64,000 nucleotides of DNA, taken from contig CM082592.2 in the NCBI GenBank assembly GCA_040954595.2, positions 5,038,735-5,102,734 of the forward strand, read 5' to 3'. This DNA comes from Balanoglossus misakiensis. Its lineage: Eukaryota > Animalia > Hemichordata. The position numbers were made by a program, and so were the translations under genes. Within the stretch, counting starts at the first letter, position 1; each line of letters opens with the position of its first letter. The notes beneath the pieces are model-generated. The model was not told the DNA's origin and did not search any database. It worked only from the letters and a program-made list of their open reading frames with translations. Positions 27,539 to 40,919 of this stretch are shown piece after piece.

Positions 27539-27759
27539 GCCGTCGTATATTTGATACTATACTTTAAGTGAGAGTCGAACAGCATCGCGATGATTCGGGC
27601 CTCATGATTCGTTCGACTGAGGCACATCGGGGGTTGGAAGAAATTTGTGCGCTATTAAGTCAGCCATCGACGCTGTCCATAGTGATAATCAAAACTTCTA
27701 CCATCGGTACACATCCACTTGCCTTTTTGGAACTGTACTCAGTCGCACACTGCAACTCC

Positions 27760-27811
27760 ATGTACCGGACAGAAATTATCGTCCTGTTACTTTTCTTCGT
27801 CGGAACCCCCG
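27760..27811 (+). CDS. nAChR alpha subunit gene 1, exon 1 (signal peptide)
   Basis: CCATG start, MYRTEIIVLLLFFVGTP + G, GTAAGT donor at 27812; phase 1 joins exon 2 to give ...GTPGCHG/SESAERL. Confidence 0.8.
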
Positions 27812-29307
27812 GTAAGTAGCAGCCGTGTGTGTACAGTAGTCGGTCTGTCTCACGTAATCCCCCCTCTGTTACATAAAACCACAGCGAGTGTAGACACACG
27901 TATTTCTTTACTCGGCGATATTTCACCAGGCAAAGTCTTCTTTATATTTATCGCTCCCAGACTCGAGTTAACCGTCCAGTTAAGGCTTACGTCGGTCATA
28001 TACCATGACGTGGACACACAGGGTTTCACCAAGGTTCAGCGACCTGTGTTGTGTAGTAGTGTTATGGACTATCTAAGCATAGACATGCCACTAAACTGAA
28101 GACGATCGTAGATACTTATATCACACATGCAATATTTTGTCATCTGGCCTATATATACCACCCAAGTTCACACAAGTCGAGCAAATATTCCAAAACACGA
28201 CTTGATTTTAAATTACCACTCAGAAATTAGGCGCTGGAAAAATAATCTCATATACTGCCAGTTGTACTTATAGTCGTATAATTACAATAACAATATTTGC
28301 GTTTGCCAATCCCCGCCACCTCCATCGATTTTTGTGAACATATCAATCGCTTATGTTTGGGACGTGGGGCAAATTGCAGTTTTAGATTTGGGATTTATTT
28401 TTATGTAGTGGTTGACTTTCGATATTCGTTGGTTATTTTGTACATTCTGTTGGACTGGAAAATCTTTTTGGGGTGCGGTCCTTGGATCGAGACAAGGGAG
28501 GTGGAGGGGTACATGCTGATGTACTGACTTTGGAGAGGGTAGTCAGATTGGTGTTTGGGAAACGAAATGAAAATGATCCTCACTCGATCCTCGCGCTGAA
28601 AAGGTTGAATGAATCGGAACGCGGGGAGCTTAACGTTTATTTCCTCTTGTAAGAGAAGTACGGTTGAAATCGACACAAACACATGCACGCACATAAAATG
28701 AGACAATCAACTATGATTGCGAGGACCGGAGTTAATTTTCCCGCAGTGACATAAATCCTGGTCAGGTAAGCCCCACGGCGTGCTTGGCATGCGTTAAATT
28801 GAGAGAGAGAGAGAGAGAAAAAAGACGGTCTTGTTATTTTACCGCGACCTCCGAGCGAGGAGTGATTTTGAGGCTGTTAAACGCGACTGACCAAATGTCA
28901 GAGAATAAACACGCTAATAGCACCGTAAAGCCCGACCGATTATACACTTAGTCATATCGGCGAGGACCTTTTACAAAAATAATTTCCTGCCGATGATGTT
29001 TATGCGTGCCAGGAGCACCCTTTGCATTTTAGCGGCGGGATTTGTAATCCGTGTATAGGAAAGAGCAAATCGCTGTACAGTGGATTCCGTTTTAATCGAT
29101 TGGTCGAGGGCGTAATCGTCAATAACTACTTCCTGTGGTGAGCGAAGGAGACCACGAGCTGAAGCGAATCATTCATCGAGTTGTCTGGATGTAGCGTAAT
29201 CATACATAGTCAATTAAGAGCGAGCGAGACGGAGCGTTCTAGAGTCCGAGATAGACAGATAAGAGCAGGCGAGACTCCAGGAAGATGAAAACAAGGAGAC
29301 AAACGAC

Positions 29308-29350
29308 AGATAGGAGGATGGATTGATTGATGGATGGGTCGATAGATAGA

Positions 29351-29381
<31 letters not shown>

Positions 29382-29582
29382 GCAGGCAGGCAGAAAGGCA
29401 GATATGTATGTAGATAGATAGATAGGTAGGTAGGTAGAATGATAGACAGAGAGACAGGCAGGCAGGCAGGCACGCAGACAGACATACATACATACATACA
29501 TACAGATAGACAGACAGACACATGTATTGGTAGGTAGGTAAACAGAAATACAGATAGGTATGTAGATGGTGGATACAAACAG
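29308..29582. repeat. Compound GATA/GACA/GGCA/TACA/GGTA microsatellite
   Basis: Mixed tetranucleotide runs; explains the three overlapping minus-strand ORFs. Confidence 0.92.
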
Positions 29583-32500
29583 ACGTAATGGGGTCAGTGT
29601 GATGGTGATCTTGTTCATCGTTCTCGTTCTTCTTGACAACGCACCAGTAAACCGTGCCCCAGGTGTCAAATGCGAGCACACAGCACGTACAAAGGTGATA
29701 GAAGCGAAGCAGAGAAACGCATTAGAGTAGAGGTATATACTGACTGTAAAGACATTCCAGGGGATGCGTTTGTATCGTTATTCTGTAACAGTAACCTGCG
29801 CAGAATGGATCGCTGTCCGTGTTTCCGTGGGCCACCTGACTCTGCGAATCAATCTCCTATTACTCGCAGATTTCGCAAGTGACACGGGATAACATAACCG
29901 GCTGCCGTTCTCCTTGTGTCACTTCCTCAGATTACATCAATTGTCAATCGATTTACAGAGACTGGCGTGGTAGTCTGTCTTAACCAGTCAACCACTTGCT
30001 TTTAGATGCCTTGCATAGAGCCGTATACATATACCCACACAGGCACATAGAACATACATGTACATTTGCATCTACGCTTAGTGTCATGGCCAGGCAAGTA
30101 TCATCGATCTCACAGCAGCAAAACTGCGAACTTGTGCTTATTTTGAATGGCGATTAAATTCTCTTATGTCCATTTCGCCTAATTGGTAACAATTAGGTCG
30201 GCAATTCAGCGCAGTCCCTGGAGACGGCGAATTCAAATCTCTCGATGCGAATTACATTGTGTATGTGGGATTTGACTAATTGCTCCTTCTCCGCTTCTCT
30301 CGCTCGCTCTCGCCGACAGTGGCGACGTGAACGAGCGAGAATATTGCAGTTTTCTGCCAGTGCGCTTGAACACACAAGTGCACGATTCGCACGTAAAGTG
30401 AACACGTTCATTCGGATTTGTGTTGAGTGGATATCTAAAAGCCCTGCACCCCCTCCCGTAATTGAGAAGTCTCGTAATTCTTTTCTGGTGTCGGAGTTCA
30501 TTTACATTCAAGTCGATATTTCTGCATCGGAGTCACGTGCCACGAGCGTAAAAAATGATGCCACCCAGTGTTACCAGCTCATATATTGGAGAGAGAGAAA
30601 AACAGTGCTGGAAATACATGACGAAACAAACGGATCAAGTCCTGTGTTAGTCTCAGCTTCCTTATCCCTTCCCAACTCATAAACTTTAACGGTCAAGGCC
30701 ATGGTTGCATGTTAATCAGTATCGGTACTTTGATGGAGAGAAGGTGATATTAGTAATTTTTTATGTCAGACTTCAAAGCCTAAAAATCTTACTTGAAAAT
30801 GTCCACATTTGGCCTGGCGAAGTGTTCAATTTTACCAACTGAACTGGTGAAAAATGAGCAATGTTTCTATCACGTGACACTGCAAATAGTGCACTTTATC
30901 CTTATACGCGTGTATTTACGATAAATTTCACTCATTTAAATTATGCAACAGAAACCGTTCCCTGGTAGTTGTGCGAGCCGTATCACGTGATTGCCTGGCG
31001 ACGTCGTTTATATGCTAGTATTTTTTTGCCAACTGATTGATGTTGCGTGCGAGTAATGGACACCACTCTTGCAATATACAATATTTAGTCAGGTGGAAAT
31101 GTTACCCGGCACTCGGAGTAAGTTACACTCTTCAGCCATTAAAATCTGATGGGAATAAGTTTTCAAAGTAAAGTGCGTTCGGCATAAAATATTGTCGGCT
31201 AAAATACATGTAAATGCCTACAGTGAGTAGTTAAAAGGGTAAAAAAAAACACTCCCCGCAAAGCGGTGAAGTGGACAGGTGCGTCGAATAAATTTTTCAA
31301 TTCTGTGTGTTCAGTGTGTGTTTGGACATCAAGCCCTTGCTGCTACACATTTCAGTGCATGGTTTGAAAAGAAAATGGCGGGGCAACAGAAATTGGCAAG
31401 AATCCGTTTTCTAACGCGTACACAGAAGGGCGGAAGGACAGAGCGATTCTTGCGAGAATACAAAACAGAACGGAGGTGCTATACCGAATATCTATTACGA
31501 AAAAAAGTTTTACTAAAAAAAACAGAACGATAACGTCAATTTTTTTATGTTTCTTAAAGAAATCGACACACATAACACAACACCATGCCGTAAGGAATGC
31601 CTTAGATAAGATCATTAGCAAGCTTTCTGATATTAAAATCTTTAATTAAAATTTATGCCTTCGCTGTGTATTACGAGGCTCACCGAATACTTAATTAATC
31701 GCATAATGGATTCGCTCTGGGTCCATAAATCAATCAATTAACCACCTATCAATCACCTCAAAAAACAAACCATGGAGTTGACCGCAGAAAACAGAAGGGA
31801 GGGGACCCTTATAGTCTTTGCTCACTGGTCCGTTTGGGATAATTTAAGACCCACTTATCTTTAGCACAGAGGCGATACTTTTCCTTCTTTTACACGGAAA
31901 TCTCCTGTTTAAAGACATTGGGAGGAAAGTTTCGACGGAAGCGCAGTCTTGTAGTAGGTGGAGCCGATATGTTTTACCTGCGCGGGGAAGCAGATATGTC
32001 GCGCGTGATGTAGTGTGTTGAGAACGGACTGCGAATGGTTTTACTGCCACGGCAAATAGCGTGAGTCGCCGCAGAGGTATGACGAAGCGGACGAAAGTTC
32101 AATTTCCGAAGCCAGTTCCCCGGAGGACGTAGTAACAAAAACTTAATTACGTTAACAGGTTTTTGTATTCCGCTAAATGTCAGGGCCCCGCCATTTATTT
32201 AGTAACGTTCGTGCTATGTTGCCAGCGGCTCAACTACAGCGAACAGAGAAATAATTGTATACTCTTTTCCCGCTTTAAGAATTTGTGGCTAGACACGGCA
32301 ACAACTTGGACTGCATTTCCATGTCATCCAATACATTTCCCTCATTTCTACTTTGATGGACGTAAACGTTTAGGGTCAATCCCCCGTAATCGTCAATTAC
32401 GTTTGCGAAAACACCGACAGCGGTGATGCTTTATGAAGGCAAAGAGGAAAACTAAATGTATATGCGTATCTTGGGGCATGCAAGTCGTATTTCCCCCTTT

Positions 32501-33620
32501 CAGTCGACCAGATCAAATTAGAACTCAGGGCATGAGAAAACGAATACAGGTTAGAAGCGATTGAGTACAACACTCTCCTTCGTATTTCTACAGCGTTTAC
32601 TATAGTATTAAGTGGTGAGTCTAAATGAGTTGAGAAACGTTTCAGAGGAGCAATCTATCCTGGTTGGGCAAATGACATTGAACATCTTTTGCCATTAACA
32701 CATCCGGGAACTCAAAGAAAAAGTAATTCAATTGAAGTTCTATGGTAGATACATGTATAGTGATGTTGTTTCCAAATATGACACGTCTGTTACTTAAATG
32801 ATGAGTGACAGAATTCCTGGATTATCGCCCCAAATGGTATCCACCGTCCGAATTTGGTGAAATATGGCGAGATACATCGAACCACTGACGATCCAACAAT
32901 TATGTGCGCTGTAATTATAAGTATGTCAGACTAAAAGGAACAGAAATGGTTTTAATTAGTACTGGATTTAATGGACCCCGGTGCGGTAATTTCAGTTGAC
33001 ACACCCCATGGCAGGAATTTACGGATGGACGATGACCCGATTTCCGAGAAAGCCGAAATAACAAAGGGATGAACCAACCCTCGGGAATGAGTCCGCTCGT
33101 GGAAATGTGTACCGACTTAAACAAAACTTCCGATTTGGATCGTCTCGAGTCCAGTAATGTTAACTATGCCCCTGCAAGTCGACAAATTTCCGCCACAAGT
33201 AAACTGCGCGACCTTTTACACGAGATGACCCCGCTAGGACTATTGATTACATTTCAGACTGCAATCGAATATCCATTCTCGGCATACTCCGAACATCTGA
33301 TTCGTATCTGGGCGGAATGAGCAGATCGTACACGCGAACCGCTGTTGACAAAAAAATTGACATCCTGTAATGATGTTGACTGACTTGCCGGCGGTGTCGA
33401 TACTCGTGTTGTACACGATCCCAGCCGAGGAGACTTCTTCGACAGCCACTTCGCGTTTGGAACCGACCAATTTAAAAACACGACGGATGATCTCATCACT
33501 TCCATATGTCGCGTGATGACTCAGCAACACGACGACATACAACACAGATGCCGCGACTGACGTGAAAATAAAAGGTTATATGTGTTAAGGCCGCGGATCA
33601 CAGCAAAGAAATCACAGAAA

Positions 33621-33752
33621 CAGTACTGCACAGTACAGTACAGTACAGTACAGTACAGTACAGTACAGTACAGTACAGTACAGTACAGTACAGTACAGTA
33701 CAGTACAGCACAGTACAGTACAGTACAGTACAGTACTGTACAGTACAGTACA
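33621..33752. repeat. (CAGTA)n pentanucleotide repeat
   Basis: About 26 units with a few variants. Confidence 0.95.
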
Positions 33753-36181
33753 AACTAAAGAAAACCAGTTGATGCGAATTTTCTGAACAAAGAATGTTGC
33801 CATGACGCCCAGGTGCATCAGAGTTTGTTTTTCAGTTTTTAAGAGGTTGAGAAAAATGGTGCTTTGGGAATTAAAACCGAAGAGTAAAACGTGTCATAGC
33901 GCTCAAAGTAGCTATGGCAAGAAACATATACGCGGTTCAGAACCTGATGAATTGGTGTTCACCTAAATTAAAATCGCGTGGTATCTACCCTTGAACTATG
34001 TATGAAACCAATGGCATATATCGTGACCGTAATAATCAAATAACCTTTCGTGTCCTTTTGAGCGCGCTCGTCCTTGTGCTCGACCTACATCGGAGCATTC
34101 GGGAATCGGTGCAAGTGAATTGTGATAAAATTAAATACTGCCCCGAAGACATTAATAAGGTTTGAAATTTCCAATACAGACTTTGTTTAGATTGTCGCTG
34201 GGATGTACATGTATATGTGATACTGTTCAACGTGTTCTCTCGTACAAAAAAATAACAAGAAAGAAATCAAGGATTCTGCACGACGTCTTCTTTAAAATTC
34301 ACCTTGCACATTAAAATATGAATCGTTTGGACTTATCGCGATGTTGTTTGCTCTAGATCAGACGTGACTGGATTTCAAGTTGTGGTAATAATTTTAGCCG
34401 AAATGAGACATATCCTCGTTTATGATATGGAGAAAGCTTTGATATATTTCCCCATACTTTATCGTTTAGAGCTGTAAGTTTCGTATATCAAGGAAGGTGT
34501 TTTACAAGAAACGACGACAAAATATAGTATGTCAGTTGATCTGTCCTTACTTTTAGAATGCACTTGTTTATGAGTAACGCAGAGTAGAGGTGGAAAGGGG
34601 CAAGCTAATAAGTACGACGGGGTCAGCGCGCGTGGCACTATAATTTGCCAACGGTTAGTTTTTCAAGATCAATGTGAAGATTTAAAGTACGTGACCCGAG
34701 ACCTTTCGTTTTGACACAATAACACAATTTCCACAAAAACTAGCATAATTATGCACTCACACGTACTTCCCTCCCTTTATCTCGAAACAGTCTTGAAACT
34801 TGTGAGACTTGATAATGAAAAACTGAAGAAAAAGTCGAAAACGTGAACTTTGGGCTTTGGCGGGCTGTGAGCATCACTTTTTGTCGCTTGGTTGAAAATA
34901 GTACACTAGATATGCCCACTTTCTTTCCCTCCACCCATGAACAAAATGCTTTAGATGACAATTTCAGTCGGATGCTTAGCGGGACTGTGCTTGTCAAAAT
35001 GTCAACGTTAGGGGATTAAAAGGATTTGTAGTCGGAATATTGCCTGGCAGTGATGATGAAAAACCAAACGGCGTCTTTTCAACACCGCTTTCGTCTTACA
35101 CGATAGAATTTACCTCAGCGGTAATCAATTAGAATTACTCCGAAGCCAGGAGTTTCTCGAATAATCGTCGTTGATTGATGTGGTCGTCAGAATGACGACA
35201 TGCGTAGGAGAATTCGCGATCGAAGTTTATGGCGGTTTTACGACCTGACGGGCATAAGTTCAGTCATTTTTCATCGCCATCTTTTTTGTGCGCGCACCGG
35301 AGAGACGTAAATGAATATCGACTCGGTATTTCCCAAGGTCGACACGGAAGGATTCTCGCCAGGATGGCAATCAATATGGATGTATTTGTGTAATAATGCT
35401 AATGTATCTTTTAGTAGAGCCATGTAGACATGAATTACGCACTCACTACAAGTTGCAAAAGCTCTCCCCTGATTGGAGGTCGCGACCCTGGTGACCCCGA
35501 CGCGCCAGCCTCGTTCGCGGCGTGCCAAATCCCCCACCGCCGCGAGTAGCTAGCGCGAATCCACACGGCGCCGGCATACGCTCTGAAAAACATACCCACT
35601 CACTTCAAGCGGTGGTCAATTTGGGACCGATCGCACATCCCAGAGTTTATCTTACACATGGGAGGTTTTGTTTTCCGTCTTTCTGTGCGGTCCTAAAACA
35701 TGATCCACACCTGGACGTCATGTCTAATTGACAATTTTGCAAATCTATATACGCGAGAGGAAGCGTGCGGTTGCCGACGCCGGGTGTCAGTCAGTAATGT
35801 GACGATAATCCATTAGATTGCTACAAAGCATTTACTTGTGGCGACTTTAATGGCTTCCTAATATGATTGACGTTTAAGGAATAATTGCCAAATGACAAAG
35901 CCGACATGACACTTGTAATATTTGAAAAAAAGTAAATATTCTATTCATGTGTAATTAAACCCTTTTCCAGAGTTTCATTCAACAAGAGAACATTTTAATA
36001 AGACATCGTGAACAATGATATTTTTGCAATTAACCACAATATATGCTTTGAAGACTAAGAGATCCATTTATAACACTTCAGTGTTCTTTACCGAAGGAAA
36101 TTATCCCGGAAGCGTTGAATCAAACGACACAGAAACATAGGATATTGACACGCAACACTTTTTTTCTGTTTTGTCCTCCAG

Positions 36182-36321
36182 GTTGCCATGGTTCCGAAAG
36201 CGCGGAACGTCTCTTCCGAACCTTGATTGACAACTACAACCATCTTATACGTCCAGTGGTCAATGTGACAGAAATAATAAACGTGACATTTGGACTTTCT
36301 ATCTCACAGTTGATAGACATT
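36182..36321 (+). CDS. nAChR alpha subunit gene 1, exon 2 (140 bp)
   Basis: Polypyrimidine tract-CAG acceptor; (G)CHGSESAERLFRTLIDNYNHLIRPVVNVTEIINVTFGLSISQLIDI; GTAAGT donor. Confidence 0.95.
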
Positions 36322-38624
36322 GTAAGTAAAATGCCTTTTTTAAATGCCAGTTTCGATTCGCTCTACCACCTATTACAGGTATGCGGTCACCTATGCAAAT
36401 TTAGCCACAATACGAAACATTTAAATTTATATCCACAAATCATGTTTCGGTGTCCTGCTATGAAATATAGAATAAGGATAAGGACACTAACTGTTGTAGT
36501 TTAATTAAGCCGCGAAAACAACTTTCCGGCAAATTGCTGCACGATCCTGGTGATCGGATGATAAGGATGTTAATTTTTGTAGTGTCGTTGCCGCGGAAAG
36601 CACCGTCTTTCGAACGAAAACAATCAGTGCACGGCAGGGCCATAACCACAAAACCCCCCATTTACGACCAAGCATGACTTTAATACGATGAAGGATGCTG
36701 GAATTTATCGCCGCCGAAATCGCCGATCTCCACGACAAGCTTAAGGGTTCGTTTCGGTGCTGACATATGAATTGATAGACGGATTAGACGAGATTTCGTT
36801 TACAATGGTGTAATCGCGTGCGTGTATTTCGAGGCAGAGCGGTCACGTCTTCCGCGAGATCAGTAGTTCCCCGCGCCCCAATCCTGCGCGTGATTTATCG
36901 CGCACACTTCTACAGAATCTGAAAACGTCAGGGTAGTCGTACCAGATACCTCTGTAGATTCATCTAGGTGTAGTCTTTTTCTCCATACGTTTTCCCCGTT
37001 GTTATGACGCAAGCTTTAGGAACCGCGTTCACCCTAAACAAGGGCGCCCCTACCAATAACAAACATACATGTACTTTCTTTTCGATGCTGTCACTTTGAC
37101 CAGATCAACACATTTCATGTTTCATCTCAGGTCTCTGTTGTCTGGTGTCAGTAACCCCATCGTTCGGTTTTTCTAGCCCATTCTGGACTACTCCCGCCTG
37201 TTAGAAATAAATACGAACGGAAACAGATCTTCTTGTAAAACAGTTTCATTTCAGCGTGGCCCCTCTCTTTAATTGAGGGTTACCTGACCCTTCAAATGGA
37301 TTTAATAGAGGTCACCGCACCCCATGCCTGATAAATATTAAACATCGTTAAAATTGAATCGAATACGAGCTATGATTAAAGTCACGCAAATCGAGCGTCA
37401 GGTAATGGTTTTCGCAATTACTTATAATTCGCATTATCGATTCTTTTTTATTCCAAGGCAACGGTATTTTTTGGCGCTGGTTCACGTGTCTCAGTCATTT
37501 CGGCAACATTTCACAGAGACATTTCCGCGTATATACAGCATTGATGACGCGTCGCAATGCATCGTTGGTAGCCCTATAGTGCACGAGACTTTGATTTCTT
37601 CTCGCTCAAGAAGTTTTCTATCGCCGACGACGTTTATTAATCTACGAGTGTAACGCGCGCGCCCACTAGAAAATCTCCTCGCATATATCACATTTATGAG
37701 TTTATTGCTTAATTAAATTAATGGCAGTGAGTTGGCCTGCAGTTAGTGAATAATATAAGACTAAAACAAATTACTTCGGCGGTGCTCTGTGACCGTACCT
37801 TGTCATAGCCTCGACTCGTGTTCAGCATTTCTATGCGGGGATGTCTTTTGTCTGTGAATTTGAGTGAATTTTTTAGATTTATAGAAATATGTCTGTGTTA
37901 AGGGAATTTGTCGTTCGCGCCGAAGAAAATTTGGTTTCAGACTTTAAATGGCTCGAATTTCTCGTATCTTGCTCAGAGAATCTTTGGAATCATAGTCTCT
38001 CTTAAATTTGGGAATCAAAATTTGTGTCACAGTGCAAAATTTTAGAATGATGGAGATAAATTGTCTAAAATTTGAAATTCAAAATGGCCGCCAAACTTAA
38101 ACTGTTGACTATACACCTTATCGGGGCCATAGCTTCGATAATGATGTCAGTGAACGAGGGCAGTAAGGTTACGTCGCAATACGGTATTGTGGCGTCCGAA
38201 ACATGTACATGTACCCTGGGCTCGAGCAAAATCAGGTCACCCATGCCCGAAAATCCTTGCAACGCGGCCAAAACGCAGCGGGCGCGAACGACTGAAGACA
38301 CCACGCACTCATATTTTGCATAGTGAAGAAGACACTGCCACGACATTCGATACAGTGGAGCCGCCATTGTGAATTCCGCGCGAAGTCCCCAGCCACCCAG
38401 AGACTGATGTGTTTTTCATCCTCTCAGCCAAAGCACAACAAGCGTGTTTACTGCCCGTGTGAAGCATAACTGTCACATCAGGGATTCTACAGATGTCATT
38501 GACATAAGGATTGTTCGCCGGAGATACTCTCGTAAAGTTTCATTCTGGTGTCGCTTTGACTATCCTGGGTACTTCAACAATATAATATTAATAGTATATA
38601 CATGTACTTTTTTTCCTGCTACAG

Positions 38625-38669
38625 GATGAAAGAAACCAGATTATGACGACGAGTGTTTGGGTAAAACAG
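38625..38669 (+). CDS. nAChR alpha subunit gene 1, exon 3 (45 bp)
   Basis: CAG|DERNQIMTTSVWVKQ|GTGAGT; loop D Trp. Confidence 0.95.
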
Positions 38670-38838
38670 GTGAGTCCGTGGTAGAATGTCTACCTTATCT
38701 GGAAAGCCACGTTATATAAAGAAAAGACGTTTTGAAAATGTTCAAGCCAATAGAGTGTATAACATTGTTCAACTTTCTCTGTAATTTGTATTTGTGCGAT
38801 TGATCACTTTATTTGAGAACTGAATGTTCGCCTTGCAG

Positions 38839-38948
38839 AAATGGCACGACTATCAATTGGAGTGGGAACCCTCCGATTTTGACGGCCTCGAGCTTCTCCA
38901 TATACCCGTGCATTTGTTATGGATGCCGGATATTCTGCTGTACAACAA
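38839..38948 (+). CDS. nAChR alpha subunit gene 1, exon 4 (110 bp)
   Basis: CAG|KWHDYQLEWEPSDFDGLELLHIPVHLLWMPDILLYN(N)|GTGAGT; loop A WxPDIxLYN motif. Confidence 0.95.
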
Positions 38949-39188
38949 GTGAGTATGACAGCATATGCTGCTTGAGGGCGTAGTTTCTTTACCAATTGTC
39001 GTTCACCACATTGGCATGTCACTTTCTCTTCACTCGTCTTCATCACACGACGTACACTATATTCCATTGCGTGTTTAATTGAAGTAAAGTCTATGATATT
39101 GTGCAAATTCAGAGGGAGTCCCCGGGCGGAGTTCACACCCTGAGATTGGCCCCGTTTCCGCGTTAATTACATGCATTTCTCGTTTCAG

Positions 39189-40173
39189 TGCCGACGGTCC
39201 GTACAACGTCCAGTTCATGACCAACGCCCTGGTGTACAGCAACGGAATCGTGTACTGGGTGCCGCCGGCCATCTACAAAAGCTCGTGCAAGATCGACATT
39301 GAGTTCTTCCCGTTCGATGAGCAGAAATGCATCATGAAGTTCGGCTCGTGGACGCACGACGGCCTCGTGCTGGACCTGATCATCATGGACGACTACGTGG
39401 GACAGGAAGACTACTGGGAGAACGGCGAGTGGGACATCGTGGAGTCGCCGGTGGACAGGCACGCCATCAAGTACCCGTGCTGCGAGGAGATCTACATCGA
39501 CATCACCTTCACCTTCGTGCTGCACAGGAAATCGCTGTTCTACGTCGTCACGCTGGTCATCCCCTGCCTGCTGATCTCCTTCCTCACCATGCTGGTGTTC
39601 TACCTGCCGTCGGACGCCTGCGAGAAGATCACGCTCTCCATCTCCATCCTGCTGGCCCTCATTGTGTTCCTGCTGCTGATCAGCGAGATCATCCCGCCGA
39701 CGTCCACCAGCCTGCCGCTCATCGGCCGCTACATGTTGTTCACCATGTCGCTGGTCACCCTCTCCATCGTGGCCACCGTCATCGTCATCAACGTCCACTT
39801 CCGCAGTAACAAGACCCACATCATGCCCGGCTGGGTGCGCAAGGTGTTCATCGACACGCTGCCGAAGTACCTGCACATGGAGCGGCCGCCCAAAACTTAC
39901 TCGGTGGCTCAGGAGCGGCTGAACAGGCGGAATGTCAAAAACGCCGAGGAGGGCCACTCGAACGGATACTACGACAAACGCTTCATGAAGTCGGCGGCCA
40001 AGTACATGGTGAACACCATCACGCCTTCGTTGTTGGAGGAAATAGAGGGAAGAGAACAAACAAACAAAGGCTACCCTGAGTGTAGCCAAGAATTACCAAT
40101 GGAATACAAGGAGGCGTTAAACAGTCTCCAGTTTATTACGAATCACCTGAAAGCAGAAGATGCCGAGGATGAT
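39189..40173 (+). CDS. nAChR alpha subunit gene 1, exon 5 (985 bp; Cys-loop, loop C, M1-M3, intracellular loop)
   Basis: CAG acceptor; [13 protein letters not shown]..., Cys-loop [15 protein letters not shown], loop B FGSWTHDG, vicinal cysteines YPCC (alpha subunit), cation-type M2 [22 protein letters not shown]; ends DAEDD|GTAAGT. Confidence 0.97.
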
Positions 40174-40718
40174 GTAAGTACATGTACTGCACTCTTGTTC
40201 TTTCAGTCGTTTGTTCCCCTTCGCTGTCATCTTCTAGACCATGCGTCTATTGATCATGATAGAGTCGATGGTTTTATTCAGAAAGCAAATCGTGTGAATG
40301 GCGACGCAACTGTGTGTTTTTTGTTCCCAGTAAATTTGACGACATAAAATACTCCTAAATCGAGTGTAGTGTAATGTAATGAAGTGTTACAGTAATGTAC
40401 TCTATAGTGGACTTAAATGTAGTGGAGTGGAGTGGACGTGGTTACTGAACCTAATATTACACGTATGTCGCCGCGATATCACAGCGCTGCCAACGGCAGA
40501 AATGGACCAGCCTGAAACCAGACTAGAGTAAAGCCCCTGATAAACACTGACGCAACGTGTAAAACAGAAAAATACACATACCTGTTCTTCACTCTCTCCT
40601 TAATGACTTACGTTAATCAATCTGATAATGTCCGTTTGTTTTAGTCTGTAATCATTCCAAAACTCACACACTTCAATTACAGTGTTCATTTGATCGATTC
40701 CTTTTCTTCTTTGTTTAG

Positions 40719-40919
40719 TCGAGTGAAGACTGGAAGTTCGTCGCCTTGGTGATCGACCGCTGTCTCTTGTGGATATTCCTCATAGTCTGTGTGGTGGGCA
40801 CGTGTGCAATTCTCATGAACTCTCGCGTGATGTGGGAAGGACCGAATGAACACGATACACCGCCAATAACAGAACCCATATTGGTTGAAAGAATAGCGTA
40901 CAGCGAATACAGTGTGTAA
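40719..40919 (+). CDS. nAChR alpha subunit gene 1, exon 6 (M4 and stop)
   Basis: TTTAG|[32 protein letters not shown]...YSEYSV TAA; spliced CDS 52+140+45+110+985+201 = 1533 nt, 510 aa. Confidence 0.95.
   Translation, partial: SSEDWKFVALVIDRCLLWIFLIVCVVGTCAILMNSRVMWEGPNEHDTPPITEPILVERIAYSEYSV

Noticed and set aside
28747-28765. 19-nt AG..GT microexon in gene 1 intron 1
   Set aside because: Would add an immediate TAA; such site pairs arise by chance and there is no transcript evidence.
37898-38120. Probable MITE fragment (TTAAGGG start, CAAAATGGCCGCC motif); similar fragments near 25660-25870 and 47500-47723
   Set aside because: No matching TIR pair or TSD could be established by eye.
39163-40089. 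308-aa minus-strand ORF and 160-aa alternate-frame ORF (39327-39809)
   Set aside because: Shadow ORFs caused by the very high GC3 of nAChR exon 5; no recognisable domains.
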